64,000 bases of DNA from Chrysemys picta bellii (taxonomy: Eukaryota), in the NCBI RefSeq assembly GCF_011386835.1, contig NC_088801.1:42408001-42472000 (forward strand), in the 5' to 3' direction. Shown one piece after another: positions 23,930-35,726 of this stretch. The notes beneath the pieces were generated by a model. It worked only from the letters and a program-made list of their open reading frames with translations. It had not been told where the DNA came from and made no database searches. Position 1 is the first letter of the stretch; the number at the start of each line of letters is the position of its first letter. A program made the position numbers and the translations under genes.

Positions 23930-24835
23930 TACACGGGCCTGCGCGCTGCACGTTAGCCCTACCATTGAATGTGGAAGAGGCACGTTAGCCCTTGGCAGAG
24001 CTGCCTGTTTATGGCAGGCGTGGGTGTCTCTGTGTCTCAGGGCAGGCGTCTGGCCCCCAGCGCGCTCAGCCATTGGATCAGCCCGCCCCGCAGTTATCTG
24101 GGCCGATCTCTCGGCCTGCTCCGCGGGGTTTTAAATATGCGCTTTCCGAGCACACCCCGGGGGTGCAGGTGGCGGGGGCGGGGAGGGGGGTATTTGCGCT
24201 GTGCCTCGGGAGCGGGACGTGCCAAGCGAGGCCGAAGCTCCCCCTGCCCAGGAGCGCGTGTGCGTGTGTGTGGGGCCGCGGTGTGTGCCTGATAGGAAAC
24301 CGTAAAAGCAGCGAGGCAGGTCATTCGGGGAGCGAGTCCGTCCCAGCGCTGGGCACCGCCGCCGCGCAGAGCAGCAGCCGGACGGCAGCGGCGCCGCCAG
24401 CAGCTCAGAGCAGAGCGGAGCGGGCCGGGGCGGCCGCGGCAGCCCCTCCCGGGGCCTGGGCCCCCTGCGCCGGCTGCTGCTGCTGTGCTGGCCGCGGGCC
24501 CCCTCCCCGCGGGCAGCGCCCATGAGCTCCTACTTTGTCAACCCGCTGTACGCCAAGTACAAGGCGGCGGCGGCGGCGGGCGAACCCCTGGGCCCCGCGT
24601 ACTACGACTGCCCCTTTGCGCCCGAGCTGAGCGGCCGCCACGCCGCCGCCCTGCTTTACGGGACCAGCGCGGCCGCCGCGGGCTTCCAGCCGCACCCCGG
24701 GCCCGGCGGCGGCGGCCCAGACTATTACCTGCAGGCCGGGGGGAGCCCCGCGGCTGCCTACCAGCCGCCTCCTCCCCCCGCTCCCGCGCCGCCTCCTCCT
24801 GCCCCCTGCGGCGGGATTACCTGTCACGGGGAGCC
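23930..24835. other. CpG island over the HOXD8 promoter, 5' UTR and most of exon 1
   Basis: Very high GC and CG density by inspection; ATTGG at 24072, GC box at 24082 and TTTTAAATA at 24129. Confidence 0.85.
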
Positions 24836-25871
24836 CGCGAAATTTTACGGATACGATAATTTACAGAGACAGCAGCTTTTTACGACCCAGCAAGAGGCCG
24901 AGCTGGTACAATATCCTGACTGTAAATCGTCCAGTGCTAATATTGGCGAGGAACCAGACCACTTAAATCAGAGCTCGTCTCCCGCTCCAATGTTCCCCTG
25001 GATGAGACCGCAAGGTTGGACGCTGGCAAAACCAATTTGCTTCCATCTCACGTCTGAGTTCTAAACTTCTTTTCCTTCTCTCTGCTCCTCCACTCCCTCT
25101 TCCTGTCTCTGCGGCTCTGTGTGTGCCGGGACCGCGCTGGTGTGTGAGAATAAAGTAACACAGCGAGGAAACCAAAGTCTGTGCAGTAGGTGCAGAAGAC
25201 ACCAGGGTAGCCTTAAACTCTCTGATCAGACGCATAGGGCGTAAATCCCATGAATACAGGTACACCCGTGTCAAAAAAGCTCTGTGCTTAAATGTAAATA
25301 CTGGGTGTGTTTTTCCAGCGATCAGATCATAAAACAAGACAGTAAGTTCTGACGTGTAATGAAAGCAGAGTAGTGTAAGACAATGTCTACGGCTATTTTT
25401 CTGTACCCTTGTACACAACTTCATAGCTAACTAGCCACATATCTATATTTATTCGTCTATATGCACCTAGCTCGTCTCCTAGCTGTATGGTTATATCTAG
25501 ATGAACAGACACATATAAGCGCCCAGGGCAGTGAACTCTTTGTTTTGAAAAATACTGTGTTTTTGTTTTAATCAGCAGCGCCTGGTAGGAGGAGAGGAAG
25601 ACAAACATACAGTCGTTTCCAGACGCTAGAGCTGGAAAAGGAATTTCTGTTTAACCCTTATCTGACACGGAAGAGAAGGATTGAGGTATCCCACGCGCTA
25701 GGACTCACCGAGAGGCAGGTAAAGATCTGGTTTCAGAACAGGAGGATGAAATGGAAAAAAGAAAACAACAAGGACAAATTCCCAGCTTCCAGGCAGGAGG
25801 GAAAGGAAGGGGAGGCCAAAAAGGAAGCACATGATCTGGAAGAAGACAGAGCTGAAGGCCAGACGAATTAA
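24522..25871 (+). CDS. HOXD8: Homeobox protein Hox-D8; join(24522..25014,25576..25871), 262 aa
   Basis: [19 protein letters not shown] start and hexapeptide MFPWMRPQ. Donor AAG|GTTGGA at 25015, acceptor ATCAG| at 25575. Exon 2 [70 protein letters not shown]...EGQTN*. Confidence 0.96.
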
Positions 25872-26152
25872 GTTTTGCCTTTAAACATTAATAAAAGATT
25901 ATTGAAAATAACGATCCACATATCCTGGGAAACACGGCCGGTTTTCTTTGTTGCAAAGGTCCTTATTGTGTTTCAAACTATCCTATGTCATTAGGCTTGA
26001 CGTTTCTGTGCTTTGTGTTTTTTGTTTTTGTTTTTACTGTATCAAGCACAATCTCTAGCTCACTTACTCTTATTTACATGGAAATTTGATACCGAAATTG
26101 TAGCAATATATTTTATTGTAATTTTCCAATGTTTAAAAGATGGTGATTACTG

Positions 26153-26172
26153 TCAACGACATAAACTTCCTA
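26153..26172 (+). promoter_or_regulatory. Non-canonical extended miR-196 site in the HOXD8 3' UTR
   Basis: TCAACGACATAAACTTCCTA versus the perfect complement CCAACAACATGAAACTACCTA: one seed mismatch, one missing base, one G:U. HOXD8 is a classical predicted miR-196 target. Confidence 0.65.
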
Positions 26173-26767
26173 ATGATAAGTACCAATAAGTGAGACATAT
26201 AAAATGCTTTATTAATCAGAACAAGTGCACTTGTACTATTTTAAACTTTTTCCTATATTATGTTGAGTAAGTTAAAGAAATCTAATAATTTTGAAGAAAT
26301 TATCTTATTAAAATATTTACCTTCTATTATTGCTATTGATTAAAATAAACATAATTTTATTCAAATGTAATACTTATCAGTTCTCTTATCTCCCTTTTGT
26401 AATTCATTGGCTCGATAACCTTCTGGAGCTCTGCAATTTCCGTAACTTTTTTTCCTTTCATCGTTTCTCACTATATGTGGTATTGCTGGGAGAGCTTAAG
26501 CCAAATATTTCGAAAGAACATAGCCGAAAAACGGCATTATTTTAAACAAAGAACAGGTGACCTGAAGTCTATGGAAACTGCGATAGCCACAAGGGTTTAA
26601 AAAGAAAAAATAGGCTTTATCTTGTTCCGGCTGAGTTAATGGAAGCTTGTCATTGATTTCAATGGTAGCAGACTTTTAATTTTTTGCTATATTTTAGAGA
26701 AAGAACTTTGTGACAATTAAATCGTCTATTGAGTAAATACTTGAAAGGCCGATGATATAATTCAGAA

Positions 26768-26850
26768 GGCCTGTTCCTGCATTTCTATTATACGTAGTCT
26801 CTTGAAGTCATTGGGGGTTTGGGGTGAACAGGTAATGCAGGATCGGGTCC
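26768..26850. mobile_element. Short palindromic MITE-like relic
   Basis: GGCCTGTTCCTGCA...TTGAAGTCATTGGG...TGCAGGATCGGGTCC; terminal inverted repeats. Confidence 0.5.
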
Positions 26851-27609
26851 ATGCTAATTAACTCTCCAACACCGCTATTGTTTCACAGTTACTAGAAACC
26901 ATTCATCTCACCATGAATTTTCCTCGTATTTTCATTTTCAGCTGCAGTTGTAATTTTCATAAATTGCATGGTATTTGTCCATTTTCCGTTTTGCAATATT
27001 TGTTTATTTAAGGGTCGCCATATTTATTTGTGTTACCCGTATGGGCCTAGTAAGATCGTTTGATCCATCTCGATTTTTTTTCAATGATGCAGGTCCGTAC
27101 GTCTTCATACTGTTATTCTTGAAAATAGCAATGCCTCTTGCAAATTAATATTGTGATCAAAACTCAAAATGGTAGCACACATCTCTAACTATTTCTTAAA
27201 ATGTAGATCGCTTTCATTAGGCATGTACTGTCTGCATTTCCACAATAATACGTCGTTCTAATACTACAGAACATCAACTGTCAGCAGGGTAATAACGTTT
27301 ATTTCCATTTTTTCATTTAGTAAGAAGGGGAATTTGTATAGACATATATATGACACTGCTAAATTACAATCCAGTTTTAATTAAGAGTATTCAGGTTTCA
27401 AAAATATTATCCATCAAGTATTTCAGTGTTGCTTTAAGTTTAAAATATGACAAAACCTAAGTAGAACACAAGGTGTCTCTGAAGTGATGCCTTTATTTAT
27501 TTATTTATTTAATTTATTAATTATCATCGTACTCTGGCACATAACCGCACGATGCTATTGGACAGGTGGACTTTTATTTTATCATTAAAGGAAAGCGCAG
27601 CCAAACACA

Positions 27610-27739
27610 GGACTCCTATCCTGCTAATCCTCATTCATCTAAATATTCTTTACTCACATGAGTACTGTTGTGTTTACTAGGTTTGGAAGCATGAATAAAA
27701 GCTACTCGAGCAATCAAGATTTTTCAGGATCCGGCCCTA
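27610..27739. mobile_element. Short palindromic MITE-like relic
   Basis: GGACTCCTATCCTGC...TTACTCACATGAGTA...TTCAGGATCCGGCCCTA; same terminal motif family. Confidence 0.4.
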
Positions 27740-28526
27740 GACCAGTACAGATCGAGACAAGCACAAACACAGGGAAAGGCCCCTTTTGCCCCTAAAAAAA
27801 GCTATCTGTATATTTCTGATTTTTGTTTTTAACTCATTTCGTGTGGGGCTGTTTGAAAATAAACCCTTGGGGTCTCATTAATCCTGAAATTTAGAGATAT
27901 AAACACCCCAGAGGAAAATGATTATATTTAGAACAGGCAATGTAAAGGGATCTCACCAATAAAGCTGAAGGTCCCCAAGATCTCATAAGAAAAGCATACC
28001 ATGCTACTTGTGCTTTGCTTGAGGCGCAGGCATGTCCTACTGTTTTACTATAATGCTTCGATGTCTTTTTTTTTTTCTGATAGAGAAAATACTATTTTTC
28101 TCTCTGAGGCATGATATTTTGCACGATCTGATCGGACCGAGTGAAAATAATCCTTGTTTGGTGAAGATTTCTATTTCATAGTTTCCATCAAGATTTTGCT
28201 TAGAACCTTCTCCTTCCCATAATCCCTCACACATTACGTGAATTATGTTTCGTGCAAAGAAACCACAGGAACGCGCTCAGTGGTGCAACAAATGGCTTCC
28301 CACTCTTAAATTATCTGGTTGATAAACAAACATGTCCTCACGGAAGCAGAAATCTAAATTTTGCTGAGGATACCAACCTTAAAATTGTGTAAACACCAGT
28401 TGCCTGTAATGTATACTGGGGAGGGTTTGTGTATAGTGGGTTTCGGAAATGGCCTACACTTCAGCCCAATCTGTGTGCAGTCCTGCGCTGCGCTGTTTAC
28501 TCAGACCAAACTGCTAGTTCAGACAA

Positions 28527-28570
28527 GCCCCGATCCTGCTCCCTTTGAATTCAGTGGTGCAGGATCAGCC
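28527..28570. mobile_element. Minimal palindromic MITE-like relic
   Basis: GCCCCGATCCTGCTCCCTTTGAATTCAGTGGTGCAGGATCAGCC; perfect 8-bp stem GATCCTGC/GCAGGATC. Confidence 0.5.
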
Positions 28571-30405
28571 AGTAGTGAGAACTGTATTAGTGGAACAAAT
28601 TCCAATCTTAATTGCTCCTCTGAAAATCTGTATTAATTCCATTGAACTCAATAGAGTTTTCCCGGATTTGATACGATCTAAGTAGGTGTGAAATATGGCC
28701 TAAAAACAGGCCCTGGGCAATGATTTTATAAAATTCAGGTTAACTGGTTTCTTTTATTCAAATCCACTTGTTACTTCAGACTGAACCTCATCTAAAGAAA
28801 ACAGCCTTGAAGGACGAGTGATTCAAGCAAAGCTATTGTTCTGATCTGTTTTATAAAGGTGAAAAATTTAATCTCCTACTTGGTTAAAACTCGTAAACGT
28901 GTGGAGACTGCAGAAAATCCATGAAGCAAACATTTTGCTGCATGAATTTGCATAAATACACCAGTACCCCCCTAGTGTCAGCAAAGGCTATGTGATTTGG
29001 TAATGCAGATTTACAGGCGACCTGATATTCTATATTCTATTTTTTTTTTAAATATCATCGGTAAAAATATATTCCCTGACCGGAGACAACGTAAACATAT
29101 TTGCTCCGGACCAAACCTGGCTTGATTAAATTATATGTAGGAGAATCCTGTTACAGGGAAAGCCATTTTGAAAGGCCAGGACTGTCTGAGCTAGCGTACA
29201 AATGACTACCCTAGTCTATAAACCCGAATGTTGCTTTTTAACGTGGCTATTTATCCCACTGATATGTATCAATCTGGATGAAGACTTTTGTGGACAAATA
29301 TTTGATTCTAAAATACATCTATTTTTTCAAAGCAGAGAGAATAAAATACAAATATGCATTACAAAATTGCTTGTTAGCATGTTTTTCCAGAGAGGTGTGT
29401 AAACAGGCTACCAGCAAAGAAGAGGAACTAAATTCCACGCACCCTGTACAATTTATTTGCAGTGGGCTAGCAACATTGCAACAGCGTGCATCTCTCTCAT
29501 TCGTTCTTGGGGAAAGCCCCCCGCCCCAACACTTTTAATTTTGGTTCTGTGAGTTTATAATGCTATTTCGTACCCTTGGCTCTCGGATATCAATGTGGAA
29601 TTCTGCTAAACACATCGATGTCACAAAATGGCCCACAGTATGACAGCATACAGCCCCGTAAAATCCGGGTCCTGTGATTTACAGAGGGAGAGGCAACATT
29701 TGGAATGAAAAGTGTTTTTGATGTGCTAGTGAATGCAGCGCCAATTCAAACAAATCCCCAAGAGCAGTTTATGAAAATGGCACCTTTTATTTTTGCACAG
29801 GTTGTGCTATTTAATTTCAATTTCCAACATCTGTGCTTTAAATGAGTGAAATACAAAATATCTCTGCTGTTGATACCTCTATGCGTGGACGTTGTTGTGA
29901 GTATTGCACATGTGTGACATTCATTTCGGTGTCCCTTTGCTCACGTGTAATTCACTCATGTAGAATATTAAAGAAGAGGGTGCATATATTTCAGAATACT
30001 TTATTTTTTAACTCTATTTTCCATTTGTGTGCACAATTATCTTGGATGCTGATAGGACAGGATTCGTAGCAGTTTCCTAACGTCAAAATATGAAGAGGAA
30101 ACAGCCAGGAATGTCAAGCGGTTTTGCTCCGATCTGCATTTGTAGGTCCAGGGACAACTTTTAAGAAATCAAAGTTTTTTTCCTGAGCAGCAAATGTCAT
30201 ACACATGGTTGTTTTCTCCAAATGCAAACGGGCTAATTAAACTCACGTAAAAAAGGGGAAAACACGCAGCAGTTGAACAACATGGATGATTCCACCTTCG
30301 AATTAAAGAAGTCACTGAGCAACCTGTGTGCGTTATAAATTTGAGACTGGTTAGGAAGAAGTTATTCCAGATCAGTTTATTTGTAGACTATCAGTGAGCT
30401 TGAGT

Positions 30406-30419
30406 TCAGTAGTGGGCGC
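30406..30419 (+). promoter_or_regulatory. Candidate CTCF site 3' of HOXD8
   Basis: TCAGTAGTGGGCGC(TA), two mismatches to the core. Confidence 0.45.
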
Positions 30420-30879
30420 TAAAGCAGTTCTGCTTCTTTTTTGTTGGGGGAAAATATAAATGACATACATTAAAAAACTGATTCAGAATAAATTCCAACA
30501 TTCTTGGTATAAGAACACCGAGAAATTTAGATAACAGGTAGGGAAGAGGATCTTCCGTTTGAATAGCGCTGGCACCAGAACTCTGGGAGGACTCCAGAGA
30601 CTTTGGGACCCAGGCTTGTGTTTTTGTGGAAATAAACACGCTTCAAACAAACCCGGATTTCTTTTGCATTTTCTTCCATAACTTCTCTGCCTGGGAGTGC
30701 AGCTCTCCAGTGGGGTTGGTTACACGACCCAGTCAGAATGCACAGATGATCTGACATGTCACGGAAAATAGAGAAAATAAAGCTAGAGAGAGAAAGAGCA
30801 GGCAAAAGAAACATGGCGCTGGTAAGCAGTATGTGCAAAATCCGCAAGGAATTGCAGTAAATTCCTTTTTGTTTGAAGA

Positions 30880-31402
30880 AAATTTACAACTTGGTAATAG
30901 ACCTTTTTATGACCTATTTGGGCTCGTCATTGGCTGAGGCTGGTCATGTGCAGGCAGTGATGGCTTTCATGGCCTTTTTCCTGATTTCCCTGGCGAATTT
31001 CCCCCTGCATTCTGCCTTCTGAGAGCCTCAACCCCTCTTTTTCTAACCTTTGTCTCCGATGAGGTGTATTACAGTCGCTATGATGTTTGTGTACTGATCC
31101 ATTTTAGACCAGAGCTCTTAAAAAAAAACTCGCCCGATTCCTGCGGGCTGCTACCTTGTCAGCCTCCAGCTATTTTGAGGACTCATAAGCGAGCATCTCG
31201 CTGCCGAGTGGCAAGGTCCCAGTCTGCCAGGCTGGCTCCCGGAGCCAGGTTGTTTTGGGTAGAGCTCTCTCCCGGTACCTGTTAGCCCATTGTCTTCTGC
31301 CTTTTTATGTTATGCGGCTCGGATTGCTACCAACCCGTCTAATGGATTACAGCGACCCTCCTCGGCTCCCCTGCCTTCTTCCAGTGCAGCGAGCGGGTAA
31401 GG
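30880..31402 (+). promoter_or_regulatory. Orphan Hox-type promoter and putative non-coding first exon
   Basis: TTTACAAC..TAATAGAC..TTTTATGAC (30905), TCATTGGCTGAGGCTGGTCATGTG (30927..30950), strong donor CGG|GTAAGG at 31397; no Hox ORF follows. Confidence 0.55.
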
Positions 31403-34400
31403 AATTCATTCATTTCTGCCTTATTACAGGGCTCCCCATAACCCAGACGCCACCAAATGACTTGAGAAGTCATAAAAGAAAGTGTTCGGGGCAATAATAT
31501 CCGTAGCATTCATTTAGGCACTCAAATATCTTCGAGTGTAGGTCACTAACTGCACTGAATGTGGCTGCTAACTGCCCCTGCCTGTTTTGTCACCTGTCTG
31601 CGAGGCATTTTGTGATCCATTAAGCCACAAGCAAGCACCGCTTTTAAAACTATTTCTATTGGGGTGTGTTTGGTCTGGTTTAAGGGCTGTCTCGAAGAAC
31701 AAGCTCTAAGAAAATGTGGCAAATGTGATCAAAATACTCTGCTGAATGCCGAAGCAGGAAGTTTAGTTGAAGCAGAGTGTACGCTACTCAAAGATAGAGA
31801 ACAGACATTTTAATTTGTGTGATATTCTTCGCTTTGTTCCAATAAAGGGCTTTTTGACGGATTGCTTAGTCTCATGATTTTGCATATCTACAGATTAACA
31901 GGTGTTTTTCTGGTCAGAATTTTTGTCATTAATAATTTGCAACGCTGAATGCCACATGAAAGTTATCAATGTTGAGCCTGGATGAATAATGCTATCACTT
32001 CTCAGTTATTTTGGATTTATGCCGTTAGCAAATTACGAGTGACGTTGACACTGAATATGAATATTTTACAGCATCTCTTCTCGCTATGCTTTTAATTATA
32101 ACAAACCATAAAGGATATGTATGTGGTCTGATTCTTTCTTGTTGCTTAGCTTTATTCATCACAAGGCAGAACTTTATAATAATGGAAAATATAAGACTCT
32201 GAAGTTAATGAATATTTCAGAACTTAAAGAAGCTTTGTAGTAACTGTCTACTGCGTGTTTAATTTTCCAGGGCTATCTAGGGTGATTTTTTTGCCAGATC
32301 TACATTGTCTTGATTCTATTTTATTAATATATTGTATACCACGTATTATACTGATACAAGGAATACACATAAACGCACTCACGTTTACCATTTCTAGAGT
32401 TGTAAACATGCAATACACTACAATGCAATGCAATGCAATACAACAGTTCTAGCAGTACGACTTGTAAATAGTAAAATTACAAATATATAAGTTAATAACT
32501 TTTTATAAATAGATTAATTTTACAATATATAGATATTATACACAAATAATATATATTTTCTGTTATGCATATATGTATAATCTACCTATTACAAACTGTA
32601 TTTTGAAATGTATATATAATAATTATATAATTGTTTATCCTCGGTGGTAGAAATGTTGTATTGCATCTAATGTTTACAATTCTGGAAAAAGGTCGATACA
32701 TATTATATAATATATACATACACCATTTTACAACAGCATTATTTAGGTCACAAACAATCATTTATTATGTCAAATATAAGCATTGTATATAATATTCAAA
32801 ATTGATTATGAAAATAGAAAGGATTCTGCTGGGGTCTAGGACAGCTATTTTGAAGCCTGCAGAATTAAACAGTGTCAATCCCGCACTGTGTGTGCCTTCC
32901 AATAGGTCTATTATCCCATAAGCTTGCTATAATGAGTAAAGTGAAGACTCATAACTTTCTGGTGCTTTATATGTATCCTTTCGCAACACCATAATGACAT
33001 TTGATTTAAAATGACAGTTAGGTGGTGGAAATAACTTCTGACACAGCAACAATTTACAATATCAATTGGAAAATTATGCATTAGCTAATGATTTGTTTCT
33101 CAGAATGACTCCTCATGTGATATATTTATTAGTATAGGTAATATGCAGTTGATTAGAAATAAAATTATCTAAATTTAGCAAAATTCTCTCTTAAATGTTT
33201 TCAAATTAATAGCAGCTCTGGGTGGGTGGGGAGAATACCCTATAACTTTGCTGGGGGGAATTTTAAAAATATGCTCATGTGTATATTATATAGACAATGG
33301 GTTTGTATATATATATATATACACCCATTGAACGGTTTCTTTGGTATTTTACGTTTTTTTCCCTAAAAGGGACGGCATTCAATTCTCTTTACCTCTCTCG
33401 ATATATTTCTGTTATTAAAATTAACACACACACACATGCTGCTAAATGTGTGTGTGTGTGCGTATATGCTTCTAAATTGCAAAAATTTTAAAGAACGTAT
33501 ATGTGTGTATCTGTGTGTCTATTTATTTGGTTGCAAAGCGTTCTTAATGTAACATGAAGCAGGTGTGAGAAGTACAATGTGAATATTGATTTATTTAATT
33601 AATTTAATCTTTGAAAGGAAATAGAGGATTCATTAAATATACTTTAATGACGTACGTTCTGTAAAGAATAACCATCATCAAGGAAACTGCAACCAGGAAC
33701 CAATCGTGCTATCCAGACCTCATTAACACTCGTTTAACGTTTAAACATAAAGTTATAGCCCATGCTTCGTTTTTGTAAGTAAATTCCCTCACTTTTTGTC
33801 TCGAAGAAAAACACAGATGAATGAACTGAATCTGTGTCCGGTAGATGCTTGGTGAATATCCAAGGGGGACGGGGGGGGGGGGGGGGGGATGTGAACATAA
33901 AGCAAACCTAATAGATAGGAAAAATAAATACAAGATTTTTTTCCTGAGCCTTAGAATCCAACGATTTGTTTATTTTCCAGTCATGTTTTCTCAAAGAAAT
34001 ATATTTCTCATGGACTGCTTTATGAGCTCTTGGGGCAGAAAAAATCAGAACAAAGACAGTATTTCACTCCTTGGCTGGCAGGCAGCTGTTAAAGGTATTT
34101 ACTGCTCTACTGCAGTGCGGCAGTGAATGCTGCTGGCAGTGTTAGAGGGAAAAAACCTGGAAGTTAGAGGAAAAGATGAAGCACAGTAAACATTTCAACC
34201 ATTCAGCTCAGTACAGCTTATACTAAGAGCCCACCAAAGTAGATACGATACAACAAGAATATATTTCATTGATGCACTTTGTCAATTTTGCTTGTTAAAG
34301 GAAGGAATCTCAAATCTCTAATTCTAAAAGGGGAAATAACAAAATAATAAAAGCGTCCTACGTGCTCCAAGAAACATGTGACTTCGAGTGTCTGAACTTA

Positions 34401-34647
34401 GTTTGCCAATCAGAGGGAACCGGTGATTATATCAACTCCCATGAAAAATGGTTTCAAGTGCTTGCAAAGGTGAAGGTGGGAAGAGGAACAATTTATTTTG
34501 GTATGTTTCAATGAAAAGGGAAACTACGCAATGTATGCACTCTTACCCGTTTCATTACTAGGAAAGATGTTATTTTTATCTAGTTCTCTCTCAGTGTGTA
34601 TATACATACGTGCATTCGGATAATGGGTATTTATAATGTATGCGTAG

Positions 34648-34711
<64 letters not shown>
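34648..34711. repeat. (AGAT)16 tetranucleotide repeat
   Basis: Direct reading. Confidence 0.97.
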
Positions 34712-35712
34712 CCATCTACACTATAGGCAGGTATTGTCTAATATTTTTTAAAAAATTGAAAAATGAACCCAAACACGTTGAAAAAAAAATTGGAAAAAAA
34801 GCCAAATGCGCTTTTGATTCTATATTTGCGAATGTTGGATATTATTTTATTTTCGCTGTTTTCAAAAGGCTACCATTATACCTGACATTGGACCAGAGAG
34901 TGCAATCCCCTTTAAAGCAGCATCCCCCCACTGCCTGCAATGGGGAGTTCTCATTCAGAAAATGTGCCCCAGAGTTTACTCCTTTGTCAGGAAAGACACA
35001 GGTTTATTTTTAACATCAATTATTTGTTATTTTCCGTTGTATCCTTTTTTCTCCTGTTGGTATTTTATTAGGCCAGAAATCAATAGAAATACTCGAAAAG
35101 TAAGGTGCCACTCAAAGTGAGTAAATTGGCAGTTTGCCCCTAAGTATAAGGAAGATATTTTTTTTGGCAGAAGATGAAAATATTCCTTCCAGATGTTTGG
35201 TATCTTTTGTCTTTCAAAACTATACAATCATATTCTGCCTTTTGCATCTGCTTTCTCAGTTTATGTGTCGAAAGTAAACTATAATTCCGATGAGTGTTGA
35301 CATGCATAGACATTGGGACCTCAGAAAACAAGGGCAAGAACCCGTTCCTGCGGGTTATGTGATCCCTGGACTCTTGCTTATCACTTCGTTTGGATACAGC
35401 ATATAGCAAAATCAAAGAGGAGGAGAGGTAGTATCCCTTGATTTATGTGGTAATGTTGTAAACCATTTGGAGAGTTGATATTTTTATGTGTTTATCTGTG
35501 TACTGCGAATTAACTCATCAGACTTTATCTAGGCTACGTCAAAAAGGCCAATTTTTCAGAAAACATTTCCCCCACAGACCCTCTCCTTCTCCCCCGGTCC
35601 CCCTCTTCCCGATCATTCAAAGTTGTCTCACTGGGGTGGGAACCTGTCCCTGAGAAACCAGGAGGCCTTTCTCCCTGGGTGTGCATAACCATTTTGTTTT
35701 CCGGCCTCTCGT

Positions 35713-35726
35713 CCAGGAGAAGGCGC
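35713..35726 (+). promoter_or_regulatory. Candidate CTCF site in the D8-D4 interval
   Basis: CCAGGAGAAGGCGC(TG), close match to the core. Confidence 0.55.

Noticed and set aside
23300-24827. Many overlapping ORFs of 100-180 aa on both strands around HOXD8 (similar ones over HOXD9 and HOXD3 exon 1)
   Set aside because: Expected from stop-codon depletion in very GC-rich DNA; low-complexity products with no recognisable domain.
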